A stretch of 32,000 nt of DNA from Vibrio cholerae ATCC 14035 (GCF_000621645.1 NZ_JHXR01000003.1:30001-62000), one strand, 5' to 3'. Numbered from the stretch's first letter, positions 20,020 through 28,673 are shown. A program made the numbers and translations. The notes: a model not told the origin generated them from the letters alone.

Positions 20020-21231
20020 CTACAGAGCCTCGATTGCCGATACGCGCCGTTTATCCAACTCTTCTTTGATCTGCTTGCCGTGAAAGCCATCCGCTATCAC
20101 GGCTTGAACTGCTACCCCAAGGGCGGCTTGGTAGGCACGCAGGAAAATCTCACGCTGCGGATACGGCTCATTCTCTAAACCTAAACGGCCACGATGATCT
20201 GCTTCACAACACAGTAGCACTTGCTCAAGACGCTCCGGTTTGCGCCACACATCCAAAAGCCCCAGCACTTTCAGCTTGGTGGTAGGCTTTAACTCGTCCG
20301 CACGATGGATATTGGAATGCTGCGCGCACACCGCGAGCGCTAAATCACGAAACTCATTAGGCACGCGAATGCGCTCGCACAATGATTCAATGATATTAAG
20401 CCCAGTATGGCAGTGCAATTTATGGCTTGGCCATTCAGAAGGTGGCGTCACGCCTTTTCCTAAATCATGCACTTGCGCGGCAAAACGCACGGGAAGGGAA
20501 TCAGAAAGTTGTGCGGCTTGCTTGGCGACCATTAGCGTGTGAATGCCGGTGTCGATCTCTGGGTGCCATTTTTCCGGTTGTGGCACGCCGAACAAGCGAT
20601 CGATTTCAGGCAGCACCACCGCCAGCGCGCCACAATCACGTAACACCTGCAAAAACACTTCGGGATGATTCGTCGAGAGCGATTTATGCCACTCTTGCCA
20701 CACACGCTCGGCGGTTAAGTGCTGCAACTCGCCCGATTGCACAATCTTCGCCATTAATTGCATCGTCTCTTCGGCAACGGTGAAACCTAGGTGATGCAGC
20801 TTAGCCGCAAAGCGCGCCACGCGCAGCACACGCAAGGGATCTTCCACAAACGCGGGCGAAACATGGCGCAGCACTTTCGCGGCGAGATCGCGCTGACCGC
20901 CATAAGGATCAATCAGTTGCCCAGAGTTATCTTGCGCCATCGCGTTGATGGTCAGATCGCGGCGCAGCAGATCGTCTTCCAAACTCACGTCTGGAGCATA
21001 GTGGCAAGCAAAGCCGGTGTAACCTACGCCGGTTTTGCGTTCGGTACGGGCAAGGGCATGTTCTTCTTTACTGTTCGGATGCAAAAACACCGGAAAATCT
21101 TTCCCGACAGCTTGAAAGCCTGCCGCTAACATAGCTTGTGGACTGCTGCCGACCACTACCCAATCACGGTCATAAACCGGAAGTTGCAGCAATTGATCGC
21201 GCACTGCGCCGCCAACGAGGTAAATTTGCAT
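20020..21231 (-). CDS. cca: Multifunctional CCA-adding tRNA nucleotidyltransferase with HD phosphohydrolase domain
   Basis: 403 aa. [28 protein letters not shown] matches the E. coli Cca N-terminus. An HD domain is present (VHDLGKG). Confidence 0.95.
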   Translation of the reverse strand: MQIYLVGGAVRDQLLQLPVYDRDWVVVGSSPQAMLAAGFQAVGKDFPVFLHPNSKEEHALARTERKTGVGYTGFACHYAPDVSLEDDLLRRDLTINAMAQDNSGQLIDPYGGQRDLAAKVLRHVSPAFVEDPLRVLRVARFAAKLHHLGFTVAEETMQLMAKIVQSGELQHLTAERVWQEWHKSLSTNHPEVFLQVLRDCGALAVVLPEIDRLFGVPQPEKWHPEIDTGIHTLMVAKQAAQLSDSLPVRFAAQVHDLGKGVTPPSEWPSHKLHCHTGLNIIESLCERIRVPNEFRDLALAVCAQHSNIHRADELKPTTKLKVLGLLDVWRKPERLEQVLLCCEADHRGRLGLENEPYPQREIFLRAYQAALGVAVQAVIADGFHGKQIKEELDKRRVSAIEAL

Positions 21232-21323
21232 CGTAGAGTCTCAAAAAATTGCATCAATGACATTGGCTAATCTTAGTCAGCAATGATACGTTGCACCCAC
21301 TGCGATGAATAGGGTCAACAAGC

Positions 21324-22913
21324 ATGTATCTGAACTTCTTTGGGTTTGACGAACTACCGTTTTCTATCGTCCCCAATGCGCGTTATCTCTACCTGAGTCA
21401 GCGTCATCAGGAAGCCATAGTACACCTGCAAGCCGGATTGGGCGATGGCGGCGGCTTTGCCATGCTCACCGGAGAAGTCGGGACGGGAAAAACCACTGTC
21501 GCGCGAGCGATTCTGGCGAGTTTGCCGGGCAAAACGCGCGCGGGGATGATCCTCAACCCCACTTTTTCCGATTTGGAGCTATTGGAAGCGATTTGTGATG
21601 AATTTGAGGTCTGCTATCCGAAAAAAGCGACCTTAAAGAAACTTACGCAAGTACTGCATGAGTTTTTGTTGGCCGAGCACGCGCAAGGCATACAAGTGCT
21701 TTTGATGATTGATGAAGCGCAGCATTTGGCACCGGATGTGTTGGAGCAGCTACGCCTGCTGACCAATTTGGAAACCGAGAGCCATAAACTGCTTAAAGTA
21801 CTGCTGATTGGCCAGCCCGAGTTGCAAGAAAAACTGCGTTTGCCGCAGTTGCGCCAGCTCGCCCAGCGGATCACTGGGCGCTACCATTTATTGCCATTGA
21901 ATGAAGAGCAAACGGCCGACTACATCCGCTTTCGGATTGAGCAAGCCAGCGGTAACCCTGAGTTGTTTAATCGTAAAGCCTGTCAGTGGATTGCAGAGCA
22001 AACTCACGGTATTCCGCGCTTAATCAATCTGGTGTGTGATGCGGCGTTAAAGCAAGCGTATCAAGCGGGTGAACCAACGCTGAGCCTAGCGAGAATTAAG
22101 CTCGCCTGCCAAGAGGTGATGAGCTTTCAATCTTCTGTTTATCAAGTGGCCTCGGCCAAACCTCCTGTACCTAAGCTCTCTTATCTCTCCAGCGCATTGG
22201 GGGGGATAGCTCTGGCCGTCGTACTGACATGGCAGTTACCACCCCAGCTTGATCGGGTTATGCAACACTATTTTCCGTTACCTGAAGTGGTGCCGCCGAC
22301 CGAACAGAGAGTTTTCCCGCAAGCGTTACGTAGTGCGTTACTCAACGCGACGAGCAGCGAGCATGCCCTTGAAACTCTGTATGCGGTCTGGGGCTATCAA
22401 GCCTCGGTGCTGGAGCAGTTTTGCCAAACTCAAGCAGATGCGGTGCTTTGGTGTGAAGAGCAGACGGGCGATTGGTCAACGCTACAAACTTACGATTTGC
22501 CCGCTGTACTCACTTTAATGATGGATGATGTGCCCACTTACGCGGTGCTGTATCGCTTAACGGGCGATCAAGCGGAGCTGTTGGTGGGAGGCGAACGTTA
22601 TCGTATTGCCCGCCAATGGCTAGAGCCGTTATGGAATGGGCAATTTTCGCTACTTTGGCAGGCCAGTTTTTCTCGAACATTAAAGCAGGGAATGCAGGGA
22701 GCCGATGTAGCCTTGCTCGAGAGCAAATTGGCGCAAGTGTTGGGCGAACCTGAACGCCCGCGTGAGCAATTTGATAAGGATTTGTCGCGTAAAGTCGAGT
22801 TATTCCAACGTTGGCAGAACATGCACGTTGATGGTATCGCAGGAAGACAAACCTTACGCCGCCTTGAGTTATTGACCCAACAGCAAGCGCCGAGTTTGAA
22901 GGAGGAAGGCTAA
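21324..22913 (+). CDS. gspA: ExeA/GspA-type AAA+ ATPase with C-terminal peptidoglycan-binding domain (T2SS secretin assembly factor)
   Basis: 529 aa. The N-terminus MYLNFFGFDELPFSIVPNARYLYLSQRHQEA is typical of ExeA. Has Walker A GEVGTGKTT, Walker B LLMIDEAQHL, a TM segment (ALGGIALAVVLTW) and a PG_binding_1-like C-terminus (...VDGIAGRQTLRRLE). Confidence 0.8.
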   Translation: MYLNFFGFDELPFSIVPNARYLYLSQRHQEAIVHLQAGLGDGGGFAMLTGEVGTGKTTVARAILASLPGKTRAGMILNPTFSDLELLEAICDEFEVCYPKKATLKKLTQVLHEFLLAEHAQGIQVLLMIDEAQHLAPDVLEQLRLLTNLETESHKLLKVLLIGQPELQEKLRLPQLRQLAQRITGRYHLLPLNEEQTADYIRFRIEQASGNPELFNRKACQWIAEQTHGIPRLINLVCDAALKQAYQAGEPTLSLARIKLACQEVMSFQSSVYQVASAKPPVPKLSYLSSALGGIALAVVLTWQLPPQLDRVMQHYFPLPEVVPPTEQRVFPQALRSALLNATSSEHALETLYAVWGYQASVLEQFCQTQADAVLWCEEQTGDWSTLQTYDLPAVLTLMMDDVPTYAVLYRLTGDQAELLVGGERYRIARQWLEPLWNGQFSLLWQASFSRTLKQGMQGADVALLESKLAQVLGEPERPREQFDKDLSRKVELFQRWQNMHVDGIAGRQTLRRLELLTQQQAPSLKEEG

Positions 22914-23683
22914 TGTCAAAAGTGATGAATGCCTTGAAGCAGTCTCAACAAAAGTATCTGCAAGCTCAGCCTGTCAGTCGTCGCACTTATACCGAGCAAG
23001 AACCCACAGCGATGACTCCGTCACGCTGGTTGCATTTAGCGCTGTGGCTCGTACCGGGGTTAGTGACAATAGGCGTGATGACTTACCAACGCTATGAACT
23101 AGTGCAACTGGAAGTGGCTAATCGACAAACCGAGCCGACAACGGTGCAAGTTGATGCGCCATTAGAGCGTTTAGCGTATCCCGAATTTCAGGATCTGCAA
23201 CCTACCTTTGTCGAATCAGGACTCGATGAACCCTATCCAGAAGAGGATGTGACTGCGCTAGCCGACAACATTGTGGCTCCACCGGCGACAATCCAAGCTT
23301 CTGGTCAGCAAAGCGCGTCAAATAAGGCGTTGGGCGATCTCGATTTAACTCAGCTTTCGCCTGAATTAGCGTTACGCGTGCAGGCGATTATGCGCGATCA
23401 ATCCAGTGAACCAGCCACCCCTAGCACACCAACCTCTGCGGCGGTGCCATTAACCCAGCACAGTGATCGTTATCAAGGGCAGCTTCCCGCACTGAATTTT
23501 CAGATGCACGCTTTTTCCAGTAATGAACAAAAACGCTGGATAAAAGTGAATGGAGTAGAGTATCGCGAAGGGGATATGCTGACACCAGAAGTGAAGCTAG
23601 AGAGTATCAAACCACAAAGCAGTGTGATTATCTTTGGCGGAGAGGAGATTGAGATCCCGGCACTGTATGATTGGAAAGGTTAG
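22913..23683 (+). CDS. gspB: ExeB/GspB-type T2SS accessory protein
   Basis: 256 aa. Its ATG overlaps the gspA stop (TAATG). The N-terminus MSKVMNALKQSQQKY is followed by one TM. The C-terminal block (KRWIKVNGVEYREGDMLTPEVKLESIKPQSSVIIFGGEEIEI) resembles the GspB C-terminal domain. Confidence 0.6.
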   Translation: MSKVMNALKQSQQKYLQAQPVSRRTYTEQEPTAMTPSRWLHLALWLVPGLVTIGVMTYQRYELVQLEVANRQTEPTTVQVDAPLERLAYPEFQDLQPTFVESGLDEPYPEEDVTALADNIVAPPATIQASGQQSASNKALGDLDLTQLSPELALRVQAIMRDQSSEPATPSTPTSAAVPLTQHSDRYQGQLPALNFQMHAFSSNEQKRWIKVNGVEYREGDMLTPEVKLESIKPQSSVIIFGGEEIEIPALYDWKG

Positions 23684-23729
23684 GGCATTGACCAACGCTT
23701 ATTGCCCGACGATGAAAGAGAGCGAAAAC

Positions 23730-23755
23730 AAAACGGTCACTTGCGTGACCGTTTT
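23730..23755. terminator. Bidirectional intrinsic terminator between convergent gspB and ygiM
   Basis: AAAACGGTCAC (23730-23740), loop TTGC, GTGACCGTTTT (23745-23755). The stem is perfect, with A and T flanks. Confidence 0.65.
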
Positions 23756-23774
23756 GCTATGCGATGAATTCCGC

Positions 23775-24383
23775 TTATGCCCATCCGGCAGGGTGGCGTT
23801 TACGGCGAGGAATAATATGTGGTAACACCAAGCCAAGCAGTAAACCGATACCAGCAACACCACCACCGTAGGTGAAGTATTTCAGTAACAGATCTTCTTT
23901 TTGCGTATCGAGTTTGGCGCGCAGTTCACGAATTTCGCTTTGTGAATCGGTCAACTGCTTGCTGATGTCGGCATAGTTACGCTCTAGATCGGCAATTTGT
24001 TGGTTACGCAGTTCAAGTGATTCCGCTAATCCTGCTTTTTCACTATCGGCATTTTGGCGAGCATTGGCTAACAGCTTTTTCACTTCCTCTAGCTCTTTTT
24101 CTAGCGCCGGTAAGCGCAGAGTATTGCTCACTTCACGAGTGATAAAACGGCTTTCAACCCAACCTGTACGGCCGCGCTCATCAGCAATATGGCTATAACC
24201 ACTCTCTTTATTCACCTCAATCAGCTTCACCTTTTCTCCGGCGTCAATGCTGCCGAGAATGCGGTATTGGTTACTTGGGCCTGAATGCATGTAAGTAAAG
24301 AGTTTGTCCGCGATGTAGCGGTCTTGCGCGAACGTTGGTGCAGCCAACATGGAAAAGAGCACCATGCAGATCAGTTTTTTCAC
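23775..24383 (-). CDS. ygiM: YgiM-type SH3-domain membrane protein (signal peptide, SH3b, coiled coil, C-terminal TM)
   Basis: 202 aa with a GTG start and AAGGGA SD. Signal peptide MKKLICMVLFSMLAAPTFA|QDRY. An SH3-like region (YMHSGPSNQYRILGSIDAGEKVKLIE...GWVESRF) is followed by a coiled coil and then the TM GGGVAGIGLLLGLVL. Length and layout match E. coli YgiM. Confidence 0.75.
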   Translation of the reverse strand: MKKLICMVLFSMLAAPTFAQDRYIADKLFTYMHSGPSNQYRILGSIDAGEKVKLIEVNKESGYSHIADERGRTGWVESRFITREVSNTLRLPALEKELEEVKKLLANARQNADSEKAGLAESLELRNQQIADLERNYADISKQLTDSQSEIRELRAKLDTQKEDLLLKYFTYGGGVAGIGLLLGLVLPHIIPRRKRHPAGWA

Positions 24384-24474
24384 AGTAAATCCCTTATTTT
24401 AAAGATAGATTTGGCGATAAGTCTCATAAAGTTTGTGGCAAATAGTATGCAGTTTTAGCAAGCGCTGCAACAAA

Positions 24475-24497
24475 GAAGGGAGGCTAAGCCTCCCTTT
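24475..24497 (-). terminator. Terminator hairpin downstream of pit
   Basis: GAAGGGAGGC (24475-24484), loop TAA, GCCTCCCTT(T) (24488-24497). On the minus strand it is followed by CTTTGTTG. Confidence 0.5.
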
Positions 24498-24549
24498 CTG
24501 TGCGTTTGAGTCAATAATGACAGTTCGCTAACACTGAGCTTACTGCGGC

Positions 24550-25812
24550 TTAGCCGACAAACACTGCTTGAATCGCGTAGAAGAAAACCACGGCTAAGAG
24601 TGCGCCTGCCGGTAGAGTGACGACCCAAGAGGCAACGATGTTACGTACCACTCCTAAGTTCAGTGCAGCAATACCACGTGCGAAACCAACACCCAGTACT
24701 GCACCAACCAGAGTTTGCGTAGTTGAAATCGGTAAGCCTGTGCCTGACGCCAGTACAACGGTTGAAGCGGTTGCTAGCTGGGCTGCAAAACCACGGCTTG
24801 GCGTCAATTCTGTAATGCCAGTACCGATGGTTGCCATCACTTTGTGGCCTAATGTTGCGAGACCGACGACGATACCAAAACCACCCAGAGGAAGAATCCA
24901 CCATGCGATAGAGCTCTTCGCGGCCACTTCACCCATGTGTTCAACAGTTGAAACCACTGCAGACAAAGGACCAATCGCGTTCGCTACGTCGTTTGAGCCG
25001 TGCGCAAAAGCCATAGCACACGCGGTGATCACCATCAGGATACTGAAGATGCTTTCCACACCCGCGAAACCATGGTCTTCATCGCGATTAGCGAATTTCT
25101 TCTGAATGTAGAGATAGCCGCCGACCATCACGATGGCAGAAACCACCGCGGACCACATCCAAGCTTCTGAGCTCGAAAGATGCAGGCCAACGTGTTTAAG
25201 ACCTTTTTTGATGGTAACCAGAGCAATCACCATAGTGGTGATGAACATGTATACCGGCACGAAACGCTTGGCATTGATCAGCGGTTTTTCTGTATCGAAA
25301 ATGAGGCGTTGTGCGCTGACAAAAATGAGGTACGCAAAGAAGCCTGAAATCACCGGAGTAATAATCCAACTGCCGACAATGCCTTTTACTGAGCTCCAAT
25401 CGACCGCTTCTGTACCGACAGAAACGCACGCGAAACCAATAATAGCGCCGATGATAGAGTGAGTGGTAGAGACTGGCCAGCCCATGTAAGACGCCACCAG
25501 TAACCAAGTGCCTGCGGCAAGAAGCGCTGACATCATGCCGTAAATCAGCACATCGGGTTTATCTGCGAAGAGAGAGGTTTCAATCACCCCATTACGGATC
25601 GTTTCTGTCACTTCACCACCGGCTAAGTAAGCGCCTGCGAATTCAAAAATCATCGCAATAATAATGGCTTGTTTAACGGTGAGTGCTTTTGAACCTACTG
25701 AAGTGCCCATTGCATTGGCAACATCGTTTGCACCAATACCAATCGCCATCAAGAAACCGAAGACAGCTGCCACAATAATCAAGACGGTGCCGTAGTTCGC
25801 AAGGATTTCCAT
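24550..25812 (-). CDS. pit: Inorganic phosphate transporter, PiT (PHO4) family
   Basis: I prefer the ATG at 25812 (MEILANYGTVLIIVAAVFGFLMAIGIGANDVANAMGTSVG...) over the track's TTG at 25851. It carries the duplicated GANDVAN / GSNDVAN PiT signatures and is polytopic. Confidence 0.9.
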   Translation of the reverse strand: MEILANYGTVLIIVAAVFGFLMAIGIGANDVANAMGTSVGSKALTVKQAIIIAMIFEFAGAYLAGGEVTETIRNGVIETSLFADKPDVLIYGMMSALLAAGTWLLVASYMGWPVSTTHSIIGAIIGFACVSVGTEAVDWSSVKGIVGSWIITPVISGFFAYLIFVSAQRLIFDTEKPLINAKRFVPVYMFITTMVIALVTIKKGLKHVGLHLSSSEAWMWSAVVSAIVMVGGYLYIQKKFANRDEDHGFAGVESIFSILMVITACAMAFAHGSNDVANAIGPLSAVVSTVEHMGEVAAKSSIAWWILPLGGFGIVVGLATLGHKVMATIGTGITELTPSRGFAAQLATASTVVLASGTGLPISTTQTLVGAVLGVGFARGIAALNLGVVRNIVASWVVTLPAGALLAVVFFYAIQAVFVG

Positions 25813-25954
25813 CGTAATACCTAGTTGTTGATAACAAGCGGAGCAACCCAAGCTTGTTTTTGACGCAGATAACGACCTTCAGCGTAGAAAATACTCATCG
25901 CCTAGCAGGTCGTCATACTGTGGTTGCTCTTCGTTATTTGGTTAACTTTTAAAT

Positions 25955-26641
25955 TTAAGAACGAGAAAGCATAAGCTCTAAGCGAGCACCAACGCGCTGC
26001 GCTTGGTCGGCAATGCCGCCCACCCATTCCAGAATTTTGTACAAGAACATGACATCAATTGGATTCATTTTCGATTCGATGGCCATCAGCTGTTGGCGTA
26101 GGCGAATCTGCATGGAATCGGTGTCATCTTCAATCACATCCAGTTGATGGATCATTTCAGCCACGAGAGTTACCTCACGACCTTTGAATCCAGTTTCCAA
26201 TAACTCGTCGAGCTCGTTGATCACATTCTGCGCTTGGTTAGCCGCATCTAAGCAACGTCTAACATAAGCAATGAAGTTTTCTTGGAGAGGCTCAGGGATG
26301 ACAAGCTGACGGCCATATACGCGGCCCGCAATGTCTTTGGCGAGGTTTGCTAATTTATCTTGTTGAGTCAGTAGTTCCAGCATGTCACTACGATCAACCG
26401 GCATGAATAGACCGCGAGGAAGTTTAAGGCGGATTTCACGCTTTAACACGTCAGCTTCTTTCTCTAGGTGAGAAATTTGTGCACGAATTTCGCCCGCTTT
26501 TTCCCAATCACCTTTGTTACAAACTTCAAAGAAATTGATCAGGTGTGAGCAACATTCATTCACACACACTACGTGGCGTTGCAAAGGCTTAATCGGGGAC
26601 TTTGCAAATAACCCCATGATTGTATTTACTGGCATGGTCAT
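25955..26641 (-). CDS. DUF47 / PhoU-like phosphate transport regulator (COG1392 type) paired with Pit
   Basis: 228 aa, predicted all-helical. It lies immediately upstream of and co-oriented with the PiT gene, as in the widespread DUF47-Pit gene pair. The family call is from memory of that pairing and the sequence style. Confidence 0.75.
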   Translation of the reverse strand: MTMPVNTIMGLFAKSPIKPLQRHVVCVNECCSHLINFFEVCNKGDWEKAGEIRAQISHLEKEADVLKREIRLKLPRGLFMPVDRSDMLELLTQQDKLANLAKDIAGRVYGRQLVIPEPLQENFIAYVRRCLDAANQAQNVINELDELLETGFKGREVTLVAEMIHQLDVIEDDTDSMQIRLRQQLMAIESKMNPIDVMFLYKILEWVGGIADQAQRVGARLELMLSRS

Positions 26642-26674
26642 TCAACCTAATAACTATAACCTTGAAATAACATA

Positions 26675-26689
26675 CACCATAATATGGTG
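26675..26689. promoter_or_regulatory. Perfect 15-bp palindrome CACCATA-A-TATGGTG in the divergent DUF47-pit / ygiF control region
   Basis: Read directly from the sequence. It lies 34-48 nt upstream of the DUF47 ATG (26641, minus strand). It could be an operator or overlap a -10 element (TATTAT on the minus strand). Confidence 0.3.
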
Positions 26690-26840
26690 AAATGTTGAGC
26701 GTTGGCTATAAAGGCGCGCATGTTAACCCAAACACCGTCGCAATAAAACTGTTTTAGATCATGATTGGGCCGATATTTCTCTCTTGCTCCGGTGTCTATA
26801 AGGCAATATCCTGTCGGCATCTGCATCGAAAGGGATAACT

Positions 26841-28358
26841 ATGGAAACCGAGATAGAACTGAAGTTTTTTGTTTCTCCAGATTTTTCAACCATCTTACGC
26901 GCGAAGATTTCTGAAACCAAAGTTCTTCAGCACAGCTGTCGGGAGTTAGGAAACACGTACTTTGATACCCCCGATAACTGGTTGCGTCAGCATGATATTG
27001 GACTGCGCATCCGTCGTTTTGATGAGGTGTATATCCAGACGGTGAAAACCGCAGGTCGTGTGGTCGCCGGTCTACATCAGCGTCCGGAGTTCAATGCCGA
27101 ACATCACAGTAATGAGCCCGATCTTTCGTTGCATCCTGCCGATATCTGGCCGCAAGGAAAAGAGCTGACTCAGCTACAAGCCGAACTCATGCCGCTCTTT
27201 TCGACCAACTTCACTCGTGAACAGTGGCTGATTAGCATGGCTGATGGTAGCCAAGTGGAAGTCGCCTTTGATCAAGGTCTTGTGGTGGCGGGTGATCGCC
27301 AAGAGCCGATTTGTGAAGTGGAGCTGGAACTTAAGTCTGGTCAAACCGATGCACTGTTTACCTTAGCGCGCCAGCTTTGTGAGCATGGCGGTATGCGCTT
27401 AGGGAATCTTAGCAAAGCCGCTCGTGGCTATCGCCTCGCTGCCAATTATTCGGGCGATGAAATTCAACCCATGGCTTTGGTCAGTGTCGATAAAAATGAC
27501 ACTGCCGAGTCTTGCTTTATCCGTGCACTGGAACATGCGCTGGCGCACTGGCATTACCATGAGCAAATCTATACCGAACGTGAAAACGTGGCGGCATTGC
27601 ACGAAATTCGTCATGCAGTGAGTTACCTGCGCCAACTGCTTTCCGTCTACGGCGGCATCATTCCGCGCCGCGCCAGCGCGATTTTGCGCCAAGAGCTCAA
27701 ATGGTTAGAGCAAGAGTTACAGTGGCTAAAAGAGTTTGAATATCTGGAAAGTTTGCAAGAAGACAAGGGCTACGCGCTGCGTAAACTGGATGCGCGTAAG
27801 TTTTTAGTCACCGCGTTGAAAACCTTGCAAGAAAGCTTGCCACAGCGTGAAGATACACTGCGTTTACTGAGCAGTGCCCGTTATACCGGCTTGTTACTGG
27901 ATCTAAGTCGTTGGGTGCTGACACGTGGTTGGCAGCCGTTTTTAGATGACAAAGCACGAGAAAAAATGGCGCAGCCGCTGGAAGCGTTCTCCGTAAAACA
28001 ACTTGACCGCACATGGGCGGAGTTGATGGAAGCTTTTCCACCGGGTAAAACCTTAACCGTACAAGAATACCTCGATCAGCAGTATCGCCTAATGCGTAAC
28101 CTTTACACTGGGGTGAGTTTTGCAAGTTTATACGATGCTGAAAACCGTCAGGCATTTCGGATGCCGTGGGCGGATTTGTTGCACGGTATTGATGATTTAT
28201 TGCGCCTCAAACCATTAGAGCGTTTGGTGGATTTGCTACAAGGTGAAGAGCAAGATCAACTGAAACGTTGGCTGATTCGTCAAGAGAACTCCATTTTGCA
28301 TGCGATGGAGCAAAGCCGCACGATGGGTGTTGAAGCGCATCCGTATTGGCGTGAGTAG
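26841..28358 (+). CDS. ygiF: CYTH-CHAD protein (YgiF-type inorganic triphosphatase)
   Basis: 505 aa. The N-terminal METEIELKFFV carries the CYTH ExExK motif, and the C-terminal ~280 aa are helical and CHAD-like. Its ygiF position next to ygiM and glnE matches E. coli synteny. Confidence 0.8.
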   Translation: METEIELKFFVSPDFSTILRAKISETKVLQHSCRELGNTYFDTPDNWLRQHDIGLRIRRFDEVYIQTVKTAGRVVAGLHQRPEFNAEHHSNEPDLSLHPADIWPQGKELTQLQAELMPLFSTNFTREQWLISMADGSQVEVAFDQGLVVAGDRQEPICEVELELKSGQTDALFTLARQLCEHGGMRLGNLSKAARGYRLAANYSGDEIQPMALVSVDKNDTAESCFIRALEHALAHWHYHEQIYTERENVAALHEIRHAVSYLRQLLSVYGGIIPRRASAILRQELKWLEQELQWLKEFEYLESLQEDKGYALRKLDARKFLVTALKTLQESLPQREDTLRLLSSARYTGLLLDLSRWVLTRGWQPFLDDKAREKMAQPLEAFSVKQLDRTWAELMEAFPPGKTLTVQEYLDQQYRLMRNLYTGVSFASLYDAENRQAFRMPWADLLHGIDDLLRLKPLERLVDLLQGEEQDQLKRWLIRQENSILHAMEQSRTMGVEAHPYWRE

Positions 28359-28387
28359 CTCTGGCTAACGCATTGATATCGATAAAT

Positions 28388-28417
28388 AAGGGAGGCGGGG
28401 GCTTCCCTTTTCTTTTT
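28388..28417 (+). terminator. Intrinsic terminator after ygiF
   Basis: AAGGGAGG (28388-28395) pairs with CTTCCCTT (28402-28409) with one G-T wobble, followed by TTCTTTTT. Confidence 0.55.
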
Positions 28418-28483
28418 ATCGCTTTTCCCCATCTTGGTGATCCTTCACTATGCATGCCCACATCTCGTTATCGTGAGAAAAGA

Positions 28484-28511
28484 CTCTAGATACGTCAGTT
28501 TATGCCGATAA
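28484..28511 (+). promoter_or_regulatory. Candidate sigma-28 (FliA) promoter for the downstream chemoreceptor gene
   Basis: An exact GCCGATAA -10 box sits at 28504-28511. CTCTAG at 28484-28489 occupies the -35 position (4/6 to CTAAAG, N14 spacing). Confidence 0.35.
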
Positions 28512-28545
28512 CACATAGTGAGTTTGATGAGTGATGGATAGAGAT

Positions 28546-28673
28546 AATATCCCCTTCCTACTTGAAGCTGCGGTGGTGTTGGCTACGTTTGTTCACCAAT
28601 CACATAGTCTGTCTATGTTCATGGGGATGAACTCACTTGCCGTCTACCTGCAACTCCAAGTCGTTTGGGTATA
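28546..28673. repeat. ERIC-like (enterobacterial repetitive intergenic consensus / IRU) imperfect palindromic element, ~128 bp
   Basis: The arms pair across a central hairpin ACATAG-TCTGT-CTATGT (28602-28618). The outer arms ACTTGAAGCTGC (28560-28571) and GCAACTCCAAGT (28650-28661) also pair. The blocks ACTTGAAGCTGCGGTGGTGTTGGCTACGTTTGTTCACC and GGGGATGAACTCACTTGCCGTCTACCTGCAACTCCAAGT...GGGTATA closely resemble the ERIC consensus as I remember it. Confidence 0.6.

Noticed and set aside
20240-21129. Three plus-strand ORFs (100, 118 and 112 aa) antisense to cca
   Set aside because: They are shadow ORFs with Arg/Ala/Ser-rich products. The Cca frame on the minus strand is supported by N-terminal identity to E. 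coli Cca and by the HD domain.
24617-25105. 162-aa plus-strand ORF (with neighbours at 24641-24904, 25133-25462 and 25196-25507) inside the pit gene
   Set aside because: These ORFs are antisense or off-frame to the PiT transporter, whose duplicated GANDVAN/GSNDVAN signatures fix the real frame. Their products are Pro/Thr/Ala-rich shadow sequences.
26780-26830. Possible Pho box (CTGTCGGCATCTGCATCG and TGTCTATAAGG...CCTGTCGG) upstream of ygiF and DUF47-pit
   Set aside because: Only one half-site approaches CTGTCAT (5/7). The second is poor (about 3/7), and the spacing does not match the 7+4+7 consensus. This is not enough to call.
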